DNA of 64,000 nucleotides from Octopus sinensis (taxonomy: Eukaryota), in NCBI RefSeq assembly GCF_006345805.1, contig NC_043000.1:129952001-130016000 (forward strand), written 5' to 3'. The position numbers were made by a program, and so were the translations under genes. Every line of letters starts with the position of its first letter. Within the stretch, counting starts at the first letter, position 1. Positions 41,431 through 55,674 of this stretch are shown piece after piece. The notes under the pieces were generated by a model that was not told the origin of the DNA, ran no database searches, and saw only the letters and a list, made by a program, of their open reading frames with translations.

Positions 41431-42544
41431 GTACATATGTACTTCAAAACTAGATGCTTTCTCTCACATCTTTGCGGTTGAAACCATCAACAGCAATATC
41501 ATCTTTCAGCTATGCAACAACAACCAGCCACCGGACATCAACCATTGCAATTCGTGCTACTAACGCTCCTTGAATACGTCTGTTTCTTACAAATCAGTTC
41601 ACCTGTGATTTCCTGATCAACCGCACATTACTCGGAACTCCTAGTAACAATGCTGTTTCACCAACTCTTTCCTAATAAACGTAAAATCTAAATAATACAT
41701 TAAATACTATTTTCTTTCGTTTGAAAGCCACACAACACAACTATACTTCTTTACAATGAAATCTTACACATTCTTCCTTTACATTCTCTGAGATTTATTA
41801 TGTCTTCTATATTTAATTGGAGCAGCAACGAGTTCACTGAACACAGCTGAAGGCTGTTTAGAATATACTATAAAGTGAAGTGAGTATCTATTCAAGCGAC
41901 ACTTACAAGTGATTTTGAACTAATACATCCGATTCTTATAATATTTCGCTTGAGAAAGCCTTTCTGTTGAAACCTTGTAGAATCGATTAGAAATGAAAAT
42001 GACAACTTCAAGAAGGAATTAGTAAAATTCGTTTAAAGAAGTTAAGTGGGTTTCCTTTCTAAAGATTTATAAAGGCTGCAAAAATCGATACGAGAATGCT
42101 TACAACAACAACTTTTAGTATTTGGATTGGATGGAGTTTTCTTCTTACTTATTTTTTTACCTCTGAGTCATCTTAAAATTTAAGTTGAATTCAGTTAACT
42201 GCGAATAATTATACACACGTGTGCATATGTAGATATGAACTAAAATTGAGTAAGGCAGACGTCTCCTTTAAAAGGATCCAATGTGTAAGGTGGTGGTGCT
42301 AACGTGGGCGATGCGCGGAATATACAATCCAAGTAGTAAACCACAACAGCATTTGAACTCAGACCAGAAAGAGCCAGAAGAAACCTCGACCCAACATTCT
42401 TACAGCCCCACCAATCTGCTGTACTAGATTGGAACTTTTTTATCAACCCCGAAAGAAGGAAAAGTTGACTTCTACAGGTTTTGAACTCAGGGGCAGAGAA
42501 AATCGAAATAAAATACCCCGTGGCATTCTGTCCGAAGCTTTTGC

Positions 42545-42745
42545 CTTTTACTCGATCCAGCCACTGGAGAGCCGCCAGGCTGGGTTACCGTTACGAAAGC
42601 TCGTGTCGAGCAAATCGACCAGAGTACATGTGATATTTTTACTATTTAATCAGTGTTTTAGGCTGAAGCGCTAGGTTACGAGGGCGTGAAGGAAACAACA
42701 CCGATTGACAAACGGTGTGGGGAGTTAACAATCTCAGAAATGACA
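42545..42745 (-). mobile_element. Divergent relative of the SINE A 3' half
   Basis: Reverse reads gtttgtcaatcggtgttg..cctcgtaacctagcgcttcagc..ggtcgatttgctcgac, paralleling the family A body. Confidence 0.55.
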
Positions 42746-44597
42746 CACATAGCTATAACGAGAGAGAGAGAGAGAGGGAAAAGGAGGAGAGACTGTTGGA
42801 GAGAAAGAGAGAGAGAGAGAGGGAAAAGGAGGAGAGACTTTGGAGAGAAAGTGGGAGAGATACCCTCACTTTATATACAATATCTTTGTGAGCAGAAGCA
42901 GGGAGATTAGGTGGATTAACTTCAATCCTGTGTTGGGATGTCATTAGTAAACGAAGACTATCGTACAATGCCGACAGAAATATTACTTTTAAACTCACTA
43001 TTGCTAACAGTTTAATTAAATTGGTCAGACTGATTTACATATAAACTCATTGTTGGCAACTAGTTCGTTTAGTAGATTATTGGTGCGTTAATAGTGTCTT
43101 GCCTAAATTCTATTCTGTGCTACAAATATCTAATACATTATTTTGAATCAAAGCACTCTTAATGCCCCAATAATTTATTAAACAAACTGGCTGCCAAGAA
43201 TGTGTTGTATATGCAAACATAACAGGTTTGATGTAGTTGTTTGAGACACAAAAGAAAAGTTATGAACAGTTACAAAGGCCAGCTGCCTGTAGATATGAAC
43301 ATATTTTTCAAAATCAATGAGTATAAGGATATTTATGTACAACTGCCTCGAAATCTATAGCTTCTCTACCCAAACAATAAATTGATATGTGGTCATATAT
43401 TTATCGATGAACTCGATAATGTTACGGTCTAAATGGAGAAAAGAATCTTAATAATCACAATAAGTAATATTAGTAACTTGGTAAACGTTTTGACCAACCA
43501 GCATAAAGGCTGAAAATACTGTCTGTATGTAGAACACTAATAATAAGTGTTTCCTAAAATTCAACGTATAACTCTTCAGCATTTGTTTTACTTAAGCTCT
43601 GAGGAAACATATCTGAGTCTTTGCAAGAAGCGAGAATTTTTATGAGAAGAATTTATAAATTTATAACGGGAAAATAACACAATTGTATACTCAAATACAA
43701 ACACTTATATATGTATGTATATATTTATGGATGTGTATATAAATATATATATATATATATAATAGAAATATGTTACAAAAAGAAAATAGGAACTATATAT
43801 ATATATTTATACATACATACATATACACACAAATATGTGTCTACATATACATATATACAGATACGAATATATATATATATATTTGTACACACATACATGT
43901 GTTCCGCGTTATCCAGAAGATTTAACAAATTAAAAAGCTACTACGACTACAATAGAAGAATGCAGATGACCTTCGAGTCACTAATGGAAACAACTGAATA
44001 TATTTTTTTTCTTTGAAGTCTTAAAATGAAAAACAAAATTAATACAATGTAATAACATAGTAAAACCATGTTTTATTAAGCCTTACTATTCTGGCTTCGT
44101 AATCTGTTAAAATTTCATTGACGGAATGCTTTTGCACAACTCCATACTTTACTTTAGATACAAATTACATCAAGTCAGATGATTTCCAAGTATGTTTTAT
44201 CTCGTTCAACTGAATATTCTTACCATCTGTGAAGGAAAAAAAATATCCAAAAGAGAAATTATTCATCTACGCATTTACAAGTCTTTTGGCAAACAACGTT
44301 TCAAATGCCAATTGGTCTGATTGGCGGAATGTATGACATGTTATTAGCTGCTACTACAACTACTACTACAACTGAATATTTCTTTGGCCTTCAGGCTCCC
44401 CGAGGGAATTTTTGTATTTTCTTTATTTTATTTTAATGCTCTTTTTCAATTGTATGTTGGTATATGAAAAGAAACACTGAAATCAGGAATTTAACAGAAA
44501 CGAAATGAAAAATAAAACTACTTCTAATAAACCCGCATTGCTTCGTCTCTCTCTCTCTGTCTCTCTCTAAAGCTACACACTCCCACGTACATACAAA

Positions 44598-44665
<68 letters not shown>

Positions 44666-44672
<7 letters not shown>

Positions 44673-45051
44673 GCAAAATATATATATACATGCAATATAT
44701 ATATATACGTGCAATATATATATATACATGCAAAATATATATATACATGAAAATATATATACATGCAAAAAATATATATATATACATGCAAAATATATAT
44801 ATATATACATGCAAAATATATATATTACATGCAAAATATATATATACATGCACAATATATATATATACATGCAAAATATATAAATACATGCAAAATATAT
44901 ATATACATGCAAAATATATATATACACGCAAAATATATATATATACACGCAAAATATATATATATATACATGCAAAATATATATATACATGCAAAATATA
45001 TATATACATGCAAAATATATATATACATGCAAAATATATATATACATGCAA
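44666..45051. repeat. Minisatellite: about 17 units of (TA)n-ACATGCAAAA (20-26 bp)
   Basis: Directly visible. Variant units include acgtgcaa, acacgcaaaa and acatgcacaa. Confidence 0.92.
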
Positions 45052-45139
45052 GATAGGTTTCGTGAACATCCTTACTTCATTTGAAACAGAGAATAAGATC
45101 GAAGCTTACAGCTATTTACGAAAAACACAATGAGGAAAT

Positions 45140-45280
45140 ACTTCCATACAGTTTCATTTATAAAGCTTGATTGATCCAAGGCTATGATAGAAAACACTTG
45201 CCCAGTGTGACTGGCAATGAGTTCGAAACTAGAACTATGTGAACGTGAAATGAGCTTCTTAATCACCGAACCATTCCTTA
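45140..45280 (-). mobile_element. Decayed SINE family A head
   Basis: aaggctatgatagaaaacacttgccc..gagcttcttaatcac. Confidence 0.55.
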
Positions 45281-45551
45281 TATAAGATGCTTGGCTTAAA
45301 TAAAAATTAAATTCTTGCTGAAATTTAAATCGGTAACTTTACTTCAACTGTGCCTACTTGTTGACAAATGGTGAATTTGTAGTTTTATTGTGATACAGAG
45401 AAGAAGAAATATGGTACACAATCAGAGTTCGGGTTCGTGACAATCATCGCTGAATGGAAAGTGAATGGTTTGTTAGGTAACATTGCAATAACAACACCAA
45501 CAAGAATAAGTAGCTGACGGAAAATAATAGTGTTTTCATTTATGTATATAT

Positions 45552-45664
<113 letters not shown>

Positions 45665-45690
45665 TAGATAGATAGATAGATAGATAGATA

Positions 45691-45831
45691 AGGCAAATAA
45701 GAAAATGGAGAGGATATACAATCGACAAACATGATCCATTAATCATTCAATTATATCTATTTATTAAATGATTATAAACATGTGTGAGTGATACAAATTA
45801 ATGAATGAAGTAAGTCAATAACTACATAAAC

Positions 45832-45863
<32 letters not shown>

Positions 45864-46033
45864 GCACGCACGCACGTGAATATTAATAGATGAGTGGTCA
45901 TAATAGATAAGTGGTCATTCATAAATTTGTATCACTCACATATATGTTTATAATCATTTAATAAATAGATATAACTGAATGTTTACTGGCTGATGTTTGT
46001 CGATTGTATGTCCTCTCCATTTTCTTATTTGCC
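45691..46033. repeat. Imperfect inverted repeat with arms of about 118 bp (45691-45808 and 45915-46033)
   Basis: ggcaaataagaaaatggagagga..atctatttattaaatgattataaaca..gtgagtgatacaaatt versus aatttgtatcactcac..tgtttataatcatttaataaatagat..tcctctccattttcttatttgcc. Confidence 0.85.
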
Positions 46034-46198
46034 ATATAAATCCTGGGTTAATTTCTAATTTATCCTCACCCATACCTAATACTCAATTGCGATACTACCA
46101 TGCAATCGTAAGCACTTGGTTATAAATAATTAGGTTCACATCCAGTGGTATATTGGATATTTAATATCCCTTAGACGGTTTCTTAACCTCTAACTCAT

Positions 46199-46238
<40 letters not shown>

Positions 46239-47791
46239 CACGACTTGGTGAACGAACGAATGTAGCGATCAACAAACACATTTGGAAGGATTTATATTTT
46301 CTAAGTGCAGCTTGACTCAGCTCCACCGGAGACAAAATTATATATACACACACATATACAAATACATACGAGTAAACAGATGACTGTACGAGGGTTGTAT
46401 ACATATATTAGCAAAGGTCATTGGAATATAAATAGTTAGATCAGTATAAGATTTCTATTTATTAAGCATCACACTACTGAAATATGTCACTATCTGGAGC
46501 AGCATCTATTACAAACAACCACACTTTATACATATTCTCCCTACCGTATAAAATCAGATCTATTCATTACATAAGTTGCAATATTTTAACCAGCTCAGAG
46601 ACATGACACTTTTTTATCGCTATTATCCGCATCAGCAGAATCATATGAATTACATCAGTATCTATATTTCTCCTCCTCTCTCTATTTCTTAGACATTTTC
46701 CAGTGTATTTATGTGTCTGTCTGACCATCTGTTTATCCTCCTACCTATGTTAGTATTTCTCTCTCTTACTCGCTCTTACCCTTACTTTGAGGTAATAATA
46801 AAATATCTATAGCTCTATAACTTTTGAAGCTTTTTCTGTGCATGTATGTATATGTGTGTGTATGTGTGTGTTTTTATATGAAACAAATTTTGTTTATATA
46901 AAACAACGTGTATTTTTTAGCTTCAGCTCTCTTCTGTATTTTTGTTTTATGTTAATACCCTAACCTACGCATACACACACAAACGTGTACTAACATAAAT
47001 ATATACATATTTATACAGATCCATGTCTTTATATGTATGTTATGTGTGTAATATCTTGTTTTAATTCCGTTCCTTTTCTATCTCACACTCACATGTATGG
47101 CCATAACTATCATTTTGGTTACAAAGATTACGTTGTTCTTTCTCTAGCAGGCCAAATCTACTACTTAACTTTTTCTTAATTTCTTGAAATTACATCACAT
47201 TTTTCTCAGAAGACAAAAATAATAGCCACTACATTTTTCTGTTCTTCTCCATGATAAGAGGAGAAACTTTACACACACAGACATATATATTTGGAGTGTG
47301 TGTGTGTCTGTAAGAGATGCATATTATTCGGTTGGGATCATATACTTTAGTCTCATAGAAGTTCTTTTAAGCTCATCTGTTTGCTACCCCAATCAAGAGT
47401 GACAGAGAAACAACTTACATTAGTTTCACTTCTCCTAACTTGCATACTGTTTGCTTCTTTATTTCATAAAATTGGCTATGCAGCCTTACAAAGATGAAGA
47501 AGCTGCGGGCTGGACAAAGACACAATGATAATGGAATGAAAAAAATGGTTGGTGGGAGAAGCAGACAACACCCGCCAATTGCTGCTTCCCGAAAACAACT
47601 CTTTTTTTCCAACAAAACAAAATGAGGTATTGAACCTCTTACCTCAGTTCAAAGAATGGACGCAATCGTCCTTACATCCTTTTTGCTTCTTGACGGCCAA
47701 CTACTACCGCAGAATTATTATAGCGTAACAGCAAACAAATACGCTAATCAATTATGTTAGAGTAATTGTGAGTGACCATATGCTGGCATTG

Positions 47792-48110
47792 TGGAGGCGC
47801 AATGGCCCTGTAGTTAGGGCAGCGGGCTCGCAGTCGGAAGATCGCGGTTTCGATTCCCAGACCGGGCGTTGTGTGTGTTTATTGAGCGAAAACACCTAAA
47901 GTTCTACGAGGCTCCGGAAGGGGTGGGGGCGCGGTAGCAACCCCTGTTGTACTCCTTCGCCCCAACTTTCTCTCACTCTTTCTTCCAGTTTCTTGAGTAA
48001 CGCTGCGATAGACTGGCGTCCGGGGTGGGGGGGCACATACGCCATAGAAACCGGGAAACCGGCCCCATGAGCCTGGCTAAGCTTGAAAAGGGCGCATAAA
48101 TAAAACAAAA
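47792..48110 (+). mobile_element. SINE family C with tail X, full length; 14-bp TSD
   Basis: tggaggcgcaatggccctgtagttagggcagcgg..ggtttcgattccc head and an A-rich tail. TSD atatgctggcattg at 47778-47791 and 48111-48124. Confidence 0.92.
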
Positions 48111-48542
48111 ATATGCTGGCATTGACTACACTTTTAGAAATGCGTCAACGTGACCATTCGATGTGCTACAACCAATGCCTATTCTCTGGTCACATCCCGT
48201 CCTCTTTGAAAAAAAGGTGGGGAATTTATGTAATGCGGTCTGTGACGAAATATGTAAGGAAGGATGCTTGTGGTTAGAAATCCCGTGATTACAATTCTAC
48301 ATGATTAGGACTGCTCTGGGGTTTAACATCGAGAACAAGAAACCCTGTGATGATCTATTTGATTTATAAAGTTGTGATACAAGTGAAGAATATTTATCGT
48401 AAGTAAATATATTGCTGATGAGAGAAGCAGCAGAAAAATGGCATTGCATGGTTGGCATGGAATCTTTTAGTAAGAATCGAGAAATGATGGAGAAATAAAG
48501 ACTAAGAGGTTAATTTAAGCCAAGAAATTCAGCATATGTTAA

Positions 48543-49024
48543 GGGGTAAGCGTGGCTGTGTGATAAGAGGCATGCTTCCAAACCACCTTATTCCTGTTTC
48601 AATCCATTGCATGGGACCTTGGGCAAGTGTCTTTCACTATAGCCTCGGGCTGACGAAAGCCTTGTGAGTAGATATGGTAGCTGGAAACTGAAAGAAGTCA
48701 GGCGTGGATATATATATGTGTGTGGGTGTGTGTGTGTTGTTGGTAGGTTCGTTGGTTTTGGGTGTGTGTGAATGTGTGTGAATGTGTGAATGTGTGTGAA
48801 TGTGTGAATGTGTGTGAATGTGTATGGGTGTGTTTGTGTTTCTGTTTGTCTCCCACAAACGCTTGACAACACTCTTGGCTTAGCAGTTCGGCAAAAGAGC
48901 CGATGGAATAAGTACAGGTCTTTAAACAAAAAAGTAATGAAGTTAATTCCCCAAGCTAAAACTTCCCCAACGCGGTGTCCCAGCATGGCCGCAGTCTGAT
49001 AACTGAAACAAATAAAAGGTAAAA
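48543..49024 (+). mobile_element. SINE family A, diverged, with an expanded (TGTGAA)n interior
   Basis: gtggctgtgtgataag..accttgggcaagtgtc..cccagcatggccgcagtc..actgaaacaaataaaagg. Confidence 0.85.
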
Positions 49025-50051
49025 TATCTGACAGAAGAATATTTGGAGAAGTGGCGAAAAAAAAAGATGAAATATAGACCGAAGAAAAAAAAGAGGGGAA
49101 AAAAATAATAAAAATGATGTACATCAGTATCTCAGTAGGTTCATGTCTATGCATGTGTATGCACGTGGGTGCACCATGTGTATACTCTGAGTGTGTGTGT
49201 GTGTGTGTGTGTGAGTATGCAGTTTGTTACGGCAATGAATTTGTGAGATAATAGCCCTTTAATTGCATCTAATGTACAGCTTGGTAGTGCAGTAGGACAC
49301 GAAAGTGTGGCAAATCTTATGGGCAATTTACCGTTTAAGTGATTGCCTATTTTTTAGGAACAGAAAAACGAACCAAATAACAAACTAGATAAAAAAAAAT
49401 TAGAAAAATGTAGTTTTGGTAATGTTCTTATTGATGCTAGTGCTATAGTTACTGTTGTTGTTGATGAGACATCAGAGGAGAGGAATAATGTAAAAATGGC
49501 GTCCATGTGGATCTTTTCATTGTCGTGATAGTAATGGTATTTGTTGGAATTACGTCGGAGATAGCTCTGTCGATAGTTATTGTAATGTTAAGAGAATAGC
49601 CAGCTGATAACGGCCACAGTGTTGACAATGGTGATTTTAGTGATGTAGAAGGCGGCATCGTATTTGTAAATGGTTAGAAGAAATAGTAGCGACCGCATTA
49701 ATATTGGTAGTTGAAATGTTGACTTTGACAGGTGGCGGAGGCGATAGTAGCGAAGGTGGTGAGATTACTTCTGATGTGTTCCCAGTAGAGGGGTAAAAGT
49801 GGCGGCGGTGATGACAGCAGCGGAGATACTGAGAAGGGAGGGATGTGGCCAGTCATTCCAACTCATCAATGGAGCGATAACAATACGTTGGAACGTGTCT
49901 TGGACGCGGAAAGCAACTAGTGGAGTCTAGATTAGTTCCGGGACAAAGAGAAACCTCACATTACTATTCAAATTTTATTTACGACCTACCTACCTACCAA
50001 CCTACATACTTAAATACTCACCAATCTACAAATCTTCCTCTCTGACTTTCA

Positions 50052-50082
<31 letters not shown>

Positions 50083-50749
50083 TTTTCTACCTATCTATAA
50101 ATGTTATGTGTATACATACATACATACATACATACAAATACACACACACACAAATATGTATGCATACACACACACGTGTAAACGAACATATAGATATAAG
50201 ATATAATGTACGCTTGTATGTATGGGACTATGTGATTATATTTGTGGGGATGTGTGCGCATATGTGAATATGGATAAGGAGGTGTTTGTGTACGTGAACG
50301 TTTATGTGTGTGTGTGTGTGTCTGTGTGCGTGTGTGTGCGCGCGCGCAAGCACTTGTAAGTTCCAGGCTGATGGTTTTCTACATTCCATTCTACTTCTTT
50401 ATTGTCCTGAAAATTGGCATCTTCTAATAGAGTAACGCAGACATATTGAATTAAGGTCATATATGTGCAAATACACACAAACACAATACGTAGGCATATA
50501 TACATATATATATATATGCATGCATAGATATATATATATATATACATATATTTATTTATAAATATATATATATATATACATATATTTATTTATAAATATA
50601 TATATATATATATATACATATATATATTTATTTATAAATATATATATATATACATATATATATTTATTTATTTATAAATATATATATATACAATAGAAAT
50701 ATTAAAATAACTAAGTATCTCTAAAAGAGAACAGCGGCAGCGTTCCCGG

Positions 50750-50956
50750 AAAATAATAGTTATCGCCATACTAATATGGCATTCTTATAAAAATAAGAAA
50801 AAAGCTGTCCGCTTATTAGCTCCATGAGGTTATATGGATACAGTTTGTGTATCAAATAGCTAACTTAAGGCGATGGCCTCATGGAGCTAATAAGCGGACA
50901 GCTTTTTTCTTATTTTTATAAGAATGCCATATTAGTATGGCGATAACTATTATTTT
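50750..50956. repeat. Perfect 80-bp inverted repeat with a 47-bp spacer
   Basis: 50750-50829 is the exact reverse complement of 50877-50956. The repeat sits between TA-rich tracts. Confidence 0.95.
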
Positions 50957-51033
50957 ATATATATACATATATATATTTATTTATTATAAATATATATATA
51001 TATATACATATGTATATTTATTTATTTATAAAC

Positions 51034-51073
<40 letters not shown>

Positions 51074-51619
51074 AGATATATATGTATGTATGAATGGGTG
51101 TATGCTTATTTATGTACGTATCCAAATTTCATCATTCATGTATAAAAGATGTGTATGCGAATGAATTTGTGTGGATAATAGCTAATATATGTCCCTAAAG
51201 TAAATAACGATATCAAATATCCATATATAAATAGAATAAAAGTATGCTGGTTTGAAAAGTATATTGCTTTGAATTTTTCATCCACAGAAATTTTCATTCT
51301 TCCTGCATACATACCTAAGTGTGTGTGTGTGTATATTATATATATATATATATGGTTTGTGGCTCTTCTTTTTCCTCCTGTTTTTGTCCATCAGTAAGTA
51401 GCTGCCGTTCTCGATTTTCCTCTCGCACTTTGGGATCGATAAAAATCAAAGTTGTATTGTGTGATAAGTCTCACGTTTGTGGGACAACCATTAATCTTTC
51501 AATGCAACGGATTATCGGTATAAATAGCTTCACCAAGTTGCGATACATCTGTGTGTGTGTGTGTGTGTGAATATGTATATATATTATATATATATATATA
51601 TATATACATATATATTTAT

Positions 51620-51663
<44 letters not shown>

Positions 51664-51686
51664 TTCATGTTTGGATTAACTTTAAA

Positions 51687-51728
<42 letters not shown>

Positions 51729-52269
51729 CAGAAAACTGGTTTATAAAAGAGAGTGTGCGTGTGTGCGTGCGTGTATGTGTGTTTGTGTAGTAGAAGAAAA
51801 AAAGGTTTTTACAGTTACAATTATGAGGGAAAATATGGATGAGCTTGAGTTTTCAACGTTATTTTAATTTTTAAAATGTGTATAAACAACATGGTTGAAA
51901 TAACGTGATGGTTAGCAAAACTTTATGATGCTTGTCTATTTGATCACTTTTTATGATTTATATGCTTATTTCATTTAAATGGTAATTAAAAAGTGAATAA
52001 ATATTTTGAAAAATTACACAACCCTCTATTAAATTTATTCTCTTCGTTGAAGTTGATAATATATATCATTCATTGATATACCTCTAAAGCAATTTTTTAA
52101 CCATCCTATATTTCAGCATTGATAATTTTAAAATTCTGATGAAGGATGCATTATACCGTTTTAATGGAATCCGAAATAAAACTGAGAATAAATTCGTGAA
52201 CATTTGTAGTGTTTCATAGCTGTAGGATACAGAAATGTTTTTGTTGTATAGTATTCAAGCGGAGCGTGC

Positions 52270-52990
52270 CATAGATCCTCCGCACAATACAGGATCACAG
52301 CACACCAATTCACTGCAACACAATTTCCTTTCTTCTATAGGCTCTGCTCTATTTAACATTGTCCCAAAACAAATCAAAAAAGAAAAAATTCCCATCACTT
52401 TCAAACGAAACCTGGACAAATTTCTTCGAGGGACACCAGATAAGTCGCCTTTACCTGAATACATCTGACTCAACTCTTTTACTTGTTTCAGTCATTTGAC
52501 TGTGGCTATGTTGGAGCACCGCCTTTAGTCAACCAAATCGCCCACAGGACTTATTCTTTGTAAGCCTAGTATTTATTCTATCAGTTTTCTTTTGCCGAAC
52601 CGCTAAGTTACGGGGACTTAAGCACACCAGCATCGGTTGTCAAGCGATGTGCGGAACAAACAGACACAAAAACATATACACACACAAATATATATATATA
52701 TGTATATGACGGGCTTCTTTCAGTTTCCGTTCACCAAATCCACTCACAAGGCTTTGGTCGGCCCGAGGTTATAGTAGAAGACACTTGCCCAAGGTGCCAG
52801 GCGGTGGGACTGAACCCGGAACCATGTGGTTGGTAAGCAATCTACTTACCACACAGCCACTCCTATGCCTGCCAACTTAAATGGGCAATGATACCACAAA
52901 ACGTGTCTTAAAATGATTTAACAGGTCCTATAAGGTAGTGCTTTTAAGTCAGACATGATCTGGGCCAGCCGAAACATATCTGAGTTATAA
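52270..52990 (+). mobile_element. LINE B 3' fragment interrupted by a SINE A
   Basis: Reads LQHNFLSSIGSALFNIVPKQIKKEKIPITFKRNLDKFLRGTPDKSPLPEY. The tail aggtagtgcttttaagtcagacatg..ccgaaacatatctgagtt resumes after 52870. Confidence 0.85.
52473..52870 (-). mobile_element. SINE family A, full length, nested in LINE B
   Basis: Colinear with 36933-37362. Confidence 0.93.
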
Positions 52991-54703
52991 ATTCTCATAC
53001 ACTGCTGTTAACTCTAGTAATATTAGTAATATATATTCTAGGTTTCGACCGTCGCCTTTCAGCGATTATTTACTGGATTCGGCTTAGAATTTCAGAAGGA
53101 ATATCACTGAAAATTCTCATATGTTTGTCTAATTGCTTACAAATATAAAATAGTTTTCAAATTTGGACATTGGAATAATGGAAAATTACTAACAGTTTGC
53201 TACTATTTTCGCAATTACAGATTTTCCAAAATTACACGAAGTCTAAATCTTTTAATGATACCTACTAGAGATTGCGCAACGTCTGTAAGATTATTAAGAG
53301 ACAAACAAGATGTACATTATTCTATTTAAATACAGCGTTAATACTGATAAGATAAACCCATATCTTGATATCTCTATAGTATTTCATTTCTTTATATTTA
53401 TTTCTATCGTAAATAGCTTCTAAATTTAGGTACATTTGATACATTTTTAATGATGAAATTTTCTGTGGTTAGCTGACTTTTATTCCGTACAATGACCAAA
53501 TAAGACGCACTATATTTAAACCTGTAGCTGTCCACAAGTTTGCTTGGATTTCTTTATAACAAAATGACTGAATTATCTGATTGTCAGGACTAAGTAACGT
53601 ATGAGTTACTATTCTTATCTTTCTTTTCGATCCATAATACGTTTAGCCAATTTACGTAATTTTTCCCTTCTTATAAGTATGCTATCTTACTGGCTAGGTC
53701 AGAGTAACCACAGGGTAAGTAGTAGATGAAAGTCTTTAAATAAACAATAATACGAGCGACAAAAGAACTGGATATAGAGTTTTCCTACTCGAGCAAAGAA
53801 GGGGTTTAATTTCTAATAATAACAAAGTCTCAAATGAGAAGTTATCAACAACACAACACAATTCTAGAGCGATATATGGTCGATATTCTACTACTTAGAC
53901 TTACAGGAATGACATGAAGATGAAGGAAAGGAGAAAACGACAACAACAACAACAAAAAATGACAAGAAGAATAACCCGAATGAAAGCTAACTGGCATTAA
54001 TAACGAGGTGCATTAAATTTGTGCGTGAAAAATCGAAATTGGGTTTTAATCCTTCTTCCATGCAAAGCAGGACAAGGAAAATAAGATAAATAAGTATTTT
54101 GTCACGAGGTTATAATTTACGTCAATCAATTTTCACAACAGGAAAACCATTTTTTTTTTATTGTATCTCGATTTTCTGTTTTTTTTTCTTCTGTTGTTCA
54201 TACTTTTTTCTCTCTAAACACTACTTATTCTAGATTTGATGAAGCGCCATCTACTCTCGAAAATATTTACTTATGTTAATATAAATGATTAACTGTCGTT
54301 TTCCATTTGCTACGCTTGTATTTTATTATTCTTTACGGTTGTTGTTGTTGATGCTGTAGTTTTTGTTTTTTGCTTTATATTTTTATCAGTAAACAAAACT
54401 AAATGCAATAATCCACAATGCCGATGCACAAAATGTCTCTCCCGGCGTTAGACTTGAGTCTTTAAATTGGAAATTATGTGATATACAAATTTTTAGATAC
54501 CTACATAAAACACACATACACATAAACACACAAAAGTGCACACGTACACACGCAAGCACGCATACACATGCGACACACATACGTATATATATTGTATGCA
54601 TTAGTGTGTATGTATATGTATATGTATATACACACACACGCATATACATATATAAATATATATATATATCTGTGTGCGTGTATATGTGTATATATACACA
54701 CAC

Positions 54704-54734
<31 letters not shown>

Positions 54735-54826
54735 TATATATATATATACACACACATATATATATATACATATATGTAAATATATATCTCTGTGTGCGTG
54801 TATATGTGTATATATACACACACATA

Positions 54827-54858
<32 letters not shown>

Positions 54859-54903
54859 AGTATATATCTGCATATATAAATATATATAGTTGTATATATA
54901 TAT

Positions 54904-54935
<32 letters not shown>

Positions 54936-55601
54936 AATATATATGTAAATATGTACATATATATATGCCAATACTTCTTTCTGTTTGTTTTTAATACATA
55001 TATGTATGTATACATGTGTATTTACGCACAAACAAGTACACTCACACGCATATAAAACAAGCAATGACAATACTCAATAATAGGTCAATTCGTAACATAT
55101 ATGTGTGTGTGTATGTTTAACTGATGTACAAATACACTTATATACTCCGTCCTTAGTGTGTACCACATCTATGTTTATAAAAGCAAAAATTAATCTTACC
55201 GATACTAAAAGGGAAATATATATAGACTCTCTTACTCTTGTCCTCTCTCTAATATATTTGAAGCTTACAGATGCAAAATCAAGAAGTACTAGCAAATTAT
55301 ACATAGAAGTACGCCTTTCCGCATTTTGCCAGCACGCTCCCTTTCACGTGACGTTTGGAATCGTTGAAATCATTGCTTTAGGATATACAGCGTGTCTCTT
55401 GTGGATATATTCTATGTAAAATATTTATTAGTCATAGCAATGACATGAAAAGGGCACAGACAGACAGACAGACAGACACACGCACACACAAACGTTTAGT
55501 TATATTCAACTATACACTCATATATATATAAGTATACATATACATATATTCATGTGTATATATATGTGTGTGTGTATATATGTATACATAAACATACATT
55601 C

Positions 55602-55674
<73 letters not shown>

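Noticed and set aside
44666-45051. Regularly spaced repeat superficially like a CRISPR array
   Set aside because: The spacers are just (TA)n, the context is eukaryotic, and there are no cas genes.
49450-49860. GC-richer segment with 3-nt periodicity (also 6897-7140 and 33990-34110)
   Set aside because: Consistent with decayed GRT/GGN trinucleotide repeats. It has frequent stops and no recognisable protein.
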